64,000 nucleotides of DNA from a virus (lineage: Duplodnaviria; Caudoviricetes). The notes under the pieces are model-generated. The model made no database searches. It saw only the letters and a list, made by a program, of their open reading frames with translations, and was not told where the DNA came from. The stretch is from the IMG/VR virus record IMGVR_UViG_3300013121_000032, positions 32,001 through 96,000 of that record. One strand, written 5' to 3'. Shown piece after piece: positions 18,697 to 27,453 of this stretch. How positions within the stretch are numbered: the first letter of the stretch is position 1; each line of letters opens with the position of its first letter. Position numbers and translations under genes: made by a program.

Positions 18697-19202
18697 ACGT
18701 TAATTGTCGTTACGTTAGCAACTACACCACTTCCGGTAGCAGCAACTGCACCAGATGTACCAGCAATCGTGGAACCAAAAGCATTAACTGCGGAACCAAA
18801 ATCGGGCCATCCTTGCAGAGAGTTTACTGCACCAAGACAGTATACACCAAATGCTGAGAATTGAGCACCTGAGGCACCTGCTGTTAATTTAAGACCGGCT
18901 TGGAGTTTGCTTGAAGTAGTATTAACAAAATATCCACCAAGGGCAGTATTGTTAATAGTAATTGTTGCATCAGGAGAACCAAAGTTGGGAGTACCAGCAT
19001 GGACTGAGGCATCAATAGTTACAGCACCACTAACAAGCTTACAAAGAACCAAGAAAGCTTCCGGTGAGGGGGTTGTAATATTAGTAGATGTTTGAGTAGC
19101 ATTATTACCCATAGGCGACTGCACTGCCAGGGTAAAACCCAAATCAGTACTATTATCAAGCTTATGGCAAACTACGTTAGCTCGTTGCGTGGGAATAGCC
19201 AT
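18693..19202 (-). CDS. putative abundant virion (decoration-type) protein
   Basis: Ala/Gly/Thr-rich, own AAGGAG RBS and -10, MCP-like codon usage. Confidence 0.55.
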   Translation of the reverse strand: MAIPTQRANVVCHKLDNSTDLGFTLAVQSPMGNNATQTSTNITTPSPEAFLVLCKLVSGAVTIDASVHAGTPNFGSPDATITINNTALGGYFVNTTSSKLQAGLKLTAGASGAQFSAFGVYCLGAVNSLQGWPDFGSAVNAFGSTIAGTSGAVAATGSGVVANVTTINV

Positions 19203-19251
19203 TTATTGTAATCTCCTTAAAAGATTATTAAACTTTACAATAGAACTATAC

Positions 19252-22197
19252 CTAATCACCTAGAGATCCTTGATTTTGTTGGGTTTTCAGCTTTTCATAT
19301 AAGAGGCGATCATGGGCCTCCCGTTCTTTTTTTTCTTTTTCTAATCTCTCCTCAAGAATAGACCTATCAAAGAAGGCTCCTATAGATTGTAGTAAAGGTT
19401 TAGGAACCAGACTTTGTTCATGTTCTTTAATCAACTCTTCTGTTTTAGTTTGAGGAGCCTCTTTTAATGTATGAGTAATTTCTGATTCAATTTCTCTAAT
19501 AGATTCTTTTTCTGTTTCTATAACTTGGACTGGAGGGCTTAATTTAATAATAGGAAAAAGTTTAGATATAGCATATCCAAATGCACAAGAAGGATGAGTC
19601 ATAATAGGAGTAATTGATCCTTTCTTAAAGCTCTCCTTAGCTACCTCATCAATCTTTTTATCTTCTTCTTTTCCAAACTTATCCCAATTAACAGAGGCAA
19701 GAGAATTAATTAAGGCAGCACATTTAGGATGAATTTGAGTTCTAATTTCACCTTTAGCATTTTTTAGGATAGCATTAACATTATTAATCCTATCCCTAAT
19801 GGAGATCTTAGTAGCTCCTTCAATTTTTGTAGTTCCAATTTCTACATTAAAACCATGATCTTTTAAATAGTCATAAAGAATTTTAAAAGATGTTCGTTTA
19901 GTTTCTCTTTTAGCAGCACCATATAAACCAGCAGGATCACCATAAATATAGACTGTTCCTTTAAATCCTAAATACCTACTTACAAACTCTTTAGCTACTT
20001 GTTCTTCATTGGAATTCCAAAGAACAATTTCATCAAATACCTCTACTCCACTATCAGTAATATGGAAAAGAGAAGAACACATAGGATCTTGATTAAAATC
20101 GTGTGTCCAATAAATATCCTTAAAAGGATTAAAAGAAACATCAGTAGAAACATTATCATTTGAAAAAGATTTATAGATTTTCCCCTCTCTTAGTTGTACA
20201 ATTTGACCAAGAACAAAAACCTTATAGTCCTGTTCAGAATAAATATCTTTCATGTTCTGAACAAAGTCTGAGGGAAGGTGCGGATTATCAAATGATGCAG
20301 ACTGGATAACTCGATAATATGATTGATTTCCAGGACACTTATTTTCTTTATGCTGTGGCTTACCGAATACAGAAATAGAATGGCAATAAGGATTAGGACA
20401 AACCCCTCCTTCCCAAGACCATTCAGTTTTTTCACCACCTATCCATTCAAACTGCCCTAGATTTCTATCTAAGCAACTAAAGCAATATTGGCATTTACAA
20501 AGATCTCCTATTTGAATTGGTGGACCTTCATAACCAGGAGCAAATTGTTCTAATGCAAATTTGTAATAAACCCAATCTCTTTCTCCTGTAGGGTTCATGG
20601 TAAGAATAAATTGTCTTAAATCAAGATTCCTACCTCTGCTTCTCCTAAGCATTTCATCAAAGCTTCCACCTTTCATCAGGTTTAATTCTTCAATCATTAC
20701 AAGATCGGCAGTAAAACCTCTAGCTACTTCATACTTATCAAGATTAAGAAATTTTAATTCACTTCCATTTTGAAGCCTAAGAAGAGCATCCTGTTTTAAA
20801 TAGGATTTTACAAAAGGGTGATTCCATTCATTTCCATCATTTAAAGAGAACCGTTGAGCAAACTCATCAATAACATTACGTTTAAGGAGAGGAAAGTTTT
20901 TACCACCTACGACAGCTCTAACATTGGAAAAGCCTGCTATCACTTCAGTTACAGCAGCAATAGCGCACGCACTATTATGAACTACAGTAAAATCACCTAA
21001 AAGAAATAGTTTATCTTTATCAAGAACTACTCCATAATAATCATCCTCCTCTAACCTTTCTAATTTAAATCCAGTAGTTAAAACATCTTTTTTCTGTTGT
21101 CTGGACTTAGCTTGTTTTCTTAAAAGCCTAGTAGGGATAATAGAAAGATCTCCAGAGATACAGACTCTCCAGTATTCTCCAGTAAATTTGCCTTTAGAGG
21201 TTAAGCAAGATTTTTTACATTTAGTTACATAGGCTGCTAAACCCAAACTTCTAGCAATAAAAGCTATATCTTCAGAAATACTTTGATTTTTTTGAGTAAA
21301 ATCTATAACTCCTCTACTAAGATTACCATCCGTATCAATAAGACCAGCAAGAAGTTTAAGTCTAGTTTCAATAGATCCTGTTTTATATACTTTAGGAATG
21401 TGCTTATTATTTAATAAATTTAATACTTTTAAAGTGGGAATCATTTCTAAAACATTAATTCTATGGATTGGAGTTTTAGATTTATTATCAACATAAGCAG
21501 AAACTGTTTTTTTAGCTTTATCTCCAAAATCAAAAAGTGCTTGTTTAATTTCTCCATCAATTGTAGTAAATTGGAAAGAATCTGAGTCTCCATCCCCTAA
21601 CCACAATCCTAAAATATAGGGATCAATTGGAAGGGGTTTAGATTGATTTGGAAAATTAATTAATCCAGATCTATAAAGTTTATAGGCAGTTTGTTTTCTT
21701 TTGCTCCAGGTTAAATACTCCTTAACAGAAACATTAACTATTTTCTGTCCTCCATATCTAGGAGGTTTAATATAAAGGCTTCCAGACTTATTAACTCTAG
21801 TCTCTGTTCCTTGATTAGTAAGTTTAAGAGAAAGAATATGAGATTCATTGCAATAGAAGGAATCGCCTTTAATTGGAGTAACTTTATAAAAAGTTTCCCT
21901 TCCCCTACCCAATTCCAATACTTTCCTTGGAGTAGAATCAGGCCCCATAAGAAGATCTCCTACTTTAATATCTTCTATTTTTAAAATAGATCCATCAAAA
22001 CCTAGTACTGGCGTTCCTTTTAGAAAACTCTTGCCTGATCCTGCGCCTCCGATCATTAAACAAATGTCTAAAGGATGATTATGTGGACGCTCTTCTGGAC
22101 GCATATGATGGAGGAAAAGCTGCTCTTGCATCTTTGTAGCACCATATGGATATCCAGGCTTTGGTTGAGGAAATGGGTATAACGGAGGTAACTTCAT
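19252..22197 (-). CDS. terL: terminase large subunit, intein-interrupted
   Basis: Walker A GGAGSGK|S split by intein, Walker B VMIEE, TMNP, SFDNPHL, nuclease HDFN..P, YGDPAG. Confidence 0.95.
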   Translation of the reverse strand: MKLPPLYPFPQPKPGYPYGATKMQEQLFLHHMRPEERPHNHPLDICLMIGGAGSGKSFLKGTPVLGFDGSILKIEDIKVGDLLMGPDSTPRKVLELGRGRETFYKVTPIKGDSFYCNESHILSLKLTNQGTETRVNKSGSLYIKPPRYGGQKIVNVSVKEYLTWSKRKQTAYKLYRSGLINFPNQSKPLPIDPYILGLWLGDGDSDSFQFTTIDGEIKQALFDFGDKAKKTVSAYVDNKSKTPIHRINVLEMIPTLKVLNLLNNKHIPKVYKTGSIETRLKLLAGLIDTDGNLSRGVIDFTQKNQSISEDIAFIARSLGLAAYVTKCKKSCLTSKGKFTGEYWRVCISGDLSIIPTRLLRKQAKSRQQKKDVLTTGFKLERLEEDDYYGVVLDKDKLFLLGDFTVVHNSACAIAAVTEVIAGFSNVRAVVGGKNFPLLKRNVIDEFAQRFSLNDGNEWNHPFVKSYLKQDALLRLQNGSELKFLNLDKYEVARGFTADLVMIEELNLMKGGSFDEMLRRSRGRNLDLRQFILTMNPTGERDWVYYKFALEQFAPGYEGPPIQIGDLCKCQYCFSCLDRNLGQFEWIGGEKTEWSWEGGVCPNPYCHSISVFGKPQHKENKCPGNQSYYRVIQSASFDNPHLPSDFVQNMKDIYSEQDYKVFVLGQIVQLREGKIYKSFSNDNVSTDVSFNPFKDIYWTHDFNQDPMCSSLFHITDSGVEVFDEIVLWNSNEEQVAKEFVSRYLGFKGTVYIYGDPAGLYGAAKRETKRTSFKILYDYLKDHGFNVEIGTTKIEGATKISIRDRINNVNAILKNAKGEIRTQIHPKCAALINSLASVNWDKFGKEEDKKIDEVAKESFKKGSITPIMTHPSCAFGYAISKLFPIIKLSPPVQVIETEKESIREIESEITHTLKEAPQTKTEELIKEHEQSLVPKPLLQSIGAFFDRSILEERLEKEKKEREAHDRLLYEKLKTQQNQGSLGD
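20974..22029 (-). mobile_element. LAGLIDADG intein in the TerL Walker A motif (352 aa)
   Basis: Starts SFLKGT, ends VVHN before Ser+1; NESHIL block B; YILGLWLGDG and LAGLIDTDG motifs. Confidence 0.95.
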
Positions 22198-22691
22198 TGT
22201 TTATGGACAATAGAAACTTCATATTTAGGAGGTCCAGAAATTTCTGGATCATCTTCTGTACTAGAAGCTCTAGTAGAATCAGCTTTTAATTCTCTTACTT
22301 TAACTTGATTGACTATTTTGGCAGCAACCTCAATACATTTTAAAGCTGTATTGAAGTCTACTTTAGTTATAGGAACACCATCTTTTCCTATAGCCACTTC
22401 TCGTGGAATAAGGCATTCATCAAAAAGGGTATCTAAAAGTTTTAATTGATTACGCTCATTAGCAATTCGGATATCATCAAAATTAACTTCATATTTAGCA
22501 ATTAATTCTTTAATTTCTTTTTGATGCTGAACTCCTACTTGGAGTATTAAACCTCCATCTATATTATGTCCTGTAAAGAATTTATTAAAATTAGATTTAA
22601 CCAAATCTAATTGTTTATCCTTAGCTAAACTATTTATAATAAAAGATATTTGAGCTTCAGTTAAAGAGCTATATTTTTGTAATTGAGGCAT
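22194..22691 (-). CDS. putative terminase small subunit
   Basis: Helical 165 aa ORF ATGA-coupled directly upstream of terL. Confidence 0.6.
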   Translation of the reverse strand: MPQLQKYSSLTEAQISFIINSLAKDKQLDLVKSNFNKFFTGHNIDGGLILQVGVQHQKEIKELIAKYEVNFDDIRIANERNQLKLLDTLFDECLIPREVAIGKDGVPITKVDFNTALKCIEVAAKIVNQVKVRELKADSTRASSTEDDPEISGPPKYEVSIVHKQ

Positions 22692-22720
22692 TTGTTTTTA
22701 CTCCTGTTTTAACTTTACCA

Positions 22721-23086
22721 ATGCTAAGACCAGAAATTATTGAGAGATATAAACAAATTGTTACAGAATCTGCTAAGCTAGAAAAACAACAAAAGGAGCT
22801 TAGAGAGGAAGTTATTAAACTTATAGATGAATCTGGAGGATGGGATGATTGTTTTCTCCAAATTGATGAGAAGGCTATCTATCATGAAGATTTAATTTAT
22901 GAATGGGTTTGTTCTACCTATCCTGAATTTAAAGAAGAGGTTAGGAGGGAAACATTAAATTGGGAAAAGTTTAAATCCCTTTTAAATCTAGGCAAGATTG
23001 ATATTACATTAATTCCTAATACCCATATCCAATTTGTTCCTATAAAAAAGGTTATAACTAACAGAAGGAGAAAACGTAGTGGCTAA
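22721..23086 (+). CDS. hypothetical coiled-coil protein
   Basis: First gene of the plus-strand arm. Confidence 0.7.
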   Translation: MLRPEIIERYKQIVTESAKLEKQQKELREEVIKLIDESGGWDDCFLQIDEKAIYHEDLIYEWVCSTYPEFKEEVRRETLNWEKFKSLLNLGKIDITLIPNTHIQFVPIKKVITNRRRKRSG

Positions 23087-23270
23087 AAGATTTAAGAAAG
23101 AGATAGGACTTACTTTACAAACTAGTCCTTTTCATTCTATTTATATATTCTCTTCTATTGAAGGGGATAATTTAGAGGAAGTAACTAAAGAAGCTTTAGA
23201 AGATATTAAAAAAACTAAAAAGATTATTGAAGAGACTTGGCAAGCAGAAGATTTTAAATTGAATGGATAA
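23079..23270 (+). CDS. hypothetical protein
   Basis: AGGAG RBS, overlaps both neighbours. Confidence 0.6.
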   Translation: MAKRFKKEIGLTLQTSPFHSIYIFSSIEGDNLEEVTKEALEDIKKTKKIIEETWQAEDFKLNG

Positions 23271-26040
23271 GGCAAAGTTTTTACAACTTCTGCCTGCATT
23301 TAAAGAAAAATTTTTATATAAGCAAGCTGAGTTTTCTATTCAGCGCTTTACTAAACAAACTAATTCTCTTGATTATCATAAACAAAAACGATACTTAAAA
23401 GACCAAGATCTTTTTCTTCATTTTACTCAAAAACCCTATGAGAATGATTATTTTATTTCATGCTCATATGCAATTTTTGGTAGATTTCAAGATGATCTTG
23501 TTAAATGGGTAGCTTTTGATGCTGATAGTCCAGAAGATTCAGATGTTGTAATCAATAAATTAATTCCATATTTTGAAAAGAAAGGTATTGATTATCTTTT
23601 AGAGGAGTCTAGAGATAAGAGGTATCATCTTTGGATTCTATGTAAAGACATTAACCATCAGTTAATGGCAGACTATCTTGAGCAAATATTTGATGAGGTT
23701 GGTGGGAGAACTGAGGAAGTTTATCCTTTTTTTGGTAGAGAAAAGGCTTGTATTAGAATTCCTGGTGGGTTCCATTTTAAATCTAAACAAGCTCATGATT
23801 TAATCTATAAAAATAAGGCTTCCAGCTCTCCTGAATTTATTTTAGAAAGCTTTATAAAAGCAGAACCAATTACTGAAGATTTTATTAAGGCTAATTTAAA
23901 GGCAAAGCCTACAATCATTTCTAATACACCTAGAAAGGTCTATAAGCCATTTTCTTATTTAGATAGGTGTCTTCCCCAACCTATGGAAGATCTTCCGCCT
24001 ACCATTAATAAAATGGCCTCTAATTGTCAAGCTATTAATAAGCTTATTAGGGGTGTAGTAAATGAAGAGCAGCTTATTGAGAAACAAGGGATTGTTTATC
24101 ATAAAACTGGATTATATTTAAGTGGATTAGCCGCATATAATGATGCAATTAAAAACTCTTCTGAAGGATCTGAATGGTTTGAATCCTTAAAAGAGAATTT
24201 TAGAGGTAGAGATGCTACTTCTCACCATTGGAATAATGCTAAGAAAGAAGAGAATCCTAACAAGTATGTTCCTAATTGCTCAACATTTCAAACAAATTTT
24301 GCTGGTATATGTGATGGTTGTCCATTTAAGAATAGAAGTAATTTTTGGAATCCTAGACAATTTATTTTTGGAAAGCAATTGAGGAGAACTAAAGTTAGTA
24401 ATACTAACTTAGTAACTGCTGATGAGATTAGAGCTACTACTTTTCCATTAGTTAGAAATAAAATTCTCGCTTATTTAGAAGAAAGGATTAAAAAGGATAT
24501 TCTTATTGCCTCTCCTCCAGGCTCCGGTAAATCTCTTCTTTCAGATCGTCTAACTGTTGAACTAGCTAATAAGGGGAAAAATGTCCTTCTTGCTGTTCCT
24601 ACTGCCAAATTAGCTTTAGAGCATAAAGAACGTATAGAGGAAAGAGGTCAAAAAGCTCACCTTTTAATGAGCCATAAAAATACATTTGAGTACCAAGGAT
24701 TAACTTTTGATTGTCCTGAATATGACAATATCCAGTACTATGTAGGATTAGGGGCCGATTCTCAATTCTATAAAAAACGATATTGCAGTAAGTGCCCTCT
24801 TCGTTCTACATGCCCCTATCCTTCTCAATACAAGGAAGCTGTAAAGCCTGAGAATAGAATAGTTATTATTCAGCATACACATTTCCAATGTCCTGAAGTT
24901 TTATATCAATTGTTTAGTCAGAAACAATTTGATGTTTTAATAATTGATGAAAGTTTTTTAGACAATTTAGTCTCTAATATCAGGCCATTACCTATTGAAT
25001 ATGAGATTCTTTTAAATTCAGAATATATTTGGGCTAGGAATTTAGGTAGATGGTTAAAGGAAGGAGGGTATCCTGTTGGAAAGGTTTATCCAAGTATTGC
25101 TCAATTAGAAGAGTTAAAACTTAAATTTGAAGAGGCTGGCATTCCGTGGAGATTAAAAATCTTTATAGATGCTTATAATGTTAATCAGTACTTAAGTAGA
25201 ATATCTGGCTTAGATTTATTCTTTCCACTTCCTAATATTCCTATACGTCTTTTAACTGATGCTACTCCACCTATTGAAGAACTTCAAATAGCCTTAAACA
25301 ATCAAAATATAGAAGTGATTGGAGATGGAGAGGTTTTAGATTACACACAATATCATCCTGAGAATAAAATCTATCAAGTATTAGATTCAAGTCTTTCCAA
25401 AACCTCATTATCTAAGAATGAAAAATTCTATGACATTCTAAACTTCATTGGTGAGAAATGTTTAAAGGATTTTAAACATGATAAGGTTCTTATTACTGTT
25501 TATAAATCCCATGTAGAAGAAACTAAAAACTATATGAAGGAGAAGTTTCCTTCTCTTACTGATTTAACTATTAGTACTATGCAAGTAGGAGTAAATACCT
25601 TTGCAGATCATACTGTCCAATTTATTCTTGCTTCTGTATATATGAATGGAAATCAACTAGCTGAAGCTGCATATAAAATCAAGTTCATTAAAAACTTCTG
25701 GAGAAGAAGAGAAGGTTTAGCAGAGATTCCTAATCGGTTTCCAGTTGAAATTTATGAAGGTAAAGTAATTGGATCTACTGTAGTTAGTACACCAGTTAGA
25801 AAAATTGAATTGGACGGAATTTTTGAATATCCAGATTTCCAATCATTTATTCCTGAATCTGATTTTGAAAACTATATTCATCAACATAATATTGGAAAGT
25901 CTCAACAATCCATGAGACTTAGATTTAAGATTAATGATCCTGTTAGAAAGATTGTTTATATATTTGGGAACTACAATTTCAAGTCATTACTAATTACTGA
26001 TGTAGTTACTTTCGATTCATTAATAGAATCTTTAAATTAA
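23263..26040 (+). CDS. AEP primase - Cys-cluster domain - SF2 helicase fusion
   Basis: WVAFDAD (DxD), ES...YHLW, IRIPGG.H; CQAI/CSTF/CDGC; Walker A SPPGSGKS; CPEY..CSKCPLRSTCPY; Walker B IIDES. Confidence 0.8.
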   Translation: MDKAKFLQLLPAFKEKFLYKQAEFSIQRFTKQTNSLDYHKQKRYLKDQDLFLHFTQKPYENDYFISCSYAIFGRFQDDLVKWVAFDADSPEDSDVVINKLIPYFEKKGIDYLLEESRDKRYHLWILCKDINHQLMADYLEQIFDEVGGRTEEVYPFFGREKACIRIPGGFHFKSKQAHDLIYKNKASSSPEFILESFIKAEPITEDFIKANLKAKPTIISNTPRKVYKPFSYLDRCLPQPMEDLPPTINKMASNCQAINKLIRGVVNEEQLIEKQGIVYHKTGLYLSGLAAYNDAIKNSSEGSEWFESLKENFRGRDATSHHWNNAKKEENPNKYVPNCSTFQTNFAGICDGCPFKNRSNFWNPRQFIFGKQLRRTKVSNTNLVTADEIRATTFPLVRNKILAYLEERIKKDILIASPPGSGKSLLSDRLTVELANKGKNVLLAVPTAKLALEHKERIEERGQKAHLLMSHKNTFEYQGLTFDCPEYDNIQYYVGLGADSQFYKKRYCSKCPLRSTCPYPSQYKEAVKPENRIVIIQHTHFQCPEVLYQLFSQKQFDVLIIDESFLDNLVSNIRPLPIEYEILLNSEYIWARNLGRWLKEGGYPVGKVYPSIAQLEELKLKFEEAGIPWRLKIFIDAYNVNQYLSRISGLDLFFPLPNIPIRLLTDATPPIEELQIALNNQNIEVIGDGEVLDYTQYHPENKIYQVLDSSLSKTSLSKNEKFYDILNFIGEKCLKDFKHDKVLITVYKSHVEETKNYMKEKFPSLTDLTISTMQVGVNTFADHTVQFILASVYMNGNQLAEAAYKIKFIKNFWRRREGLAEIPNRFPVEIYEGKVIGSTVVSTPVRKIELDGIFEYPDFQSFIPESDFENYIHQHNIGKSQQSMRLRFKINDPVRKIVYIFGNYNFKSLLITDVVTFDSLIESLN

Positions 26041-26404
26041 TTAATGTTCAAAAGACTTGATTTTCAAATATTAAATGTGAGCATAATAGAAGCAGCCCTA
26101 ACTATCCCTAACTATTAATAATCTATATATGTAATTTTTTTAGTAGATTTTTTAAAAATTACTTAAGTCCAAAGAATTATTAAAAGAATTTAAGGTATAG
26201 GCAATTTTGCGGAAGTCCTTTAGAAATTTTAATACCGGCTATCTTTATTGCCTAAGTAGTATTTATTGTAATAAATAGGTGAAACCCTTCGTTTAGAAAA
26301 GGGTACTATAATAGATAGTATAAAATATGTGTAGAAATATAAACAAACCATACAAATTTATGCTATAAAAGTATTAAGTAATGTTGTTTACTTGAAGGAG
26401 ATAT
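26041..26404. other. AT-rich non-coding region, candidate replication origin
   Basis: 364 bp ORF-free stretch between primase-helicase and SSB. Confidence 0.35.
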
Positions 26405-27193
26405 ATGATTAATAAAATTCAAAAAGAATGGGCTAAAAAGTTATTTGAACAAAAACAAGAAGCCAGAAAAGAACAGGAAGAAAATAGAGAAAAAGGAAAA
26501 TTACTAAAGGATAATCCCCGTAGATTTTTCCTAGTAAAAGACAAGCCATTTTATCTAAGTTTTCTACATCCGTATGAAGACTCATTAGATTTGCTTGTCC
26601 ATATTTTCTATACAAGGGATAAAGAGGGCAAACTTAGAACTAAACATATTCTTTGTGAAAATAACTATATGCCACATGACCCAGTATATAAAAATTGCCC
26701 ATATTGTCAAGAACCCGATGATTGGGGTGGAAAAAATAAACCACATACATTCAAGTGTATGATTGCCTATGTCCACAATTTTGAGGGTGAAACCTTTAAT
26801 AATAATCCTATCAATCCTGTAAGGATTGTAGAACTTAGATTTGGTAAAGGTGCAGCAAACATTAACTCATTGGTTGATGATGATAGAAAAGGTAAATTCC
26901 AAAAAGCTATCTTTATTCAGAAGAGAACTGGTGAAGGTAAAGATACTGTCTATGAGCCTTTGAAAGCTATTCCTAGAGATAGAGAATGGACTGGAGAGCA
27001 ATTTGATCCAGAAGTTCCTAGAGAGATATTGGAACAATATGGAGCTTATACTAGTGAACAAATAGCTACAGAAATCTTACTTAACTATGAAAATGTTAAA
27101 TGGGATTTGTGGGGTATACCAGATCCTTCTATAGAAGATAGTGCTCCAGCAGTACCTATTGGAAAAAGCAAAGCTAAAGAAGTTTTGAAATGA
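26405..27193 (+). CDS. gp32-like single-stranded DNA-binding protein
   Basis: H...C...CPYC zinc motif, KRTGEGKDTVY, position before DNA polymerase. Confidence 0.7.
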   Translation: MINKIQKEWAKKLFEQKQEARKEQEENREKGKLLKDNPRRFFLVKDKPFYLSFLHPYEDSLDLLVHIFYTRDKEGKLRTKHILCENNYMPHDPVYKNCPYCQEPDDWGGKNKPHTFKCMIAYVHNFEGETFNNNPINPVRIVELRFGKGAANINSLVDDDRKGKFQKAIFIQKRTGEGKDTVYEPLKAIPRDREWTGEQFDPEVPREILEQYGAYTSEQIATEILLNYENVKWDLWGIPDPSIEDSAPAVPIGKSKAKEVLK

Positions 27194-27453
27194 AAAAGAA
27201 ATTCTCTACCTTAAGAAAGGAATTTAAAACTCTTCTTTCTAAGTTAGAGCTTACACCAGAAGAAAGAGAAGAACTAAAAGAGTACGTTGATAAAGATGGT
27301 ATTCCATTTACCATTCTCCTCTTCTGGTGTACCGATAGGATTGGACCGGATTTACTTAAACAATTGGATAAGATCATTGATAATTACCCAACAAGACGTA
27401 GAAAAAACTTACAAATACATACACGACAAACAAGATCTCGAAGAAGCAATTGA
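27190..27453 (+). CDS. hypothetical protein
   Basis: ATGA-coupled to SSB; overlaps the polymerase start. Confidence 0.55.
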   Translation: MKKKFSTLRKEFKTLLSKLELTPEEREELKEYVDKDGIPFTILLFWCTDRIGPDLLKQLDKIIDNYPTRRRKNLQIHTRQTRSRRSN

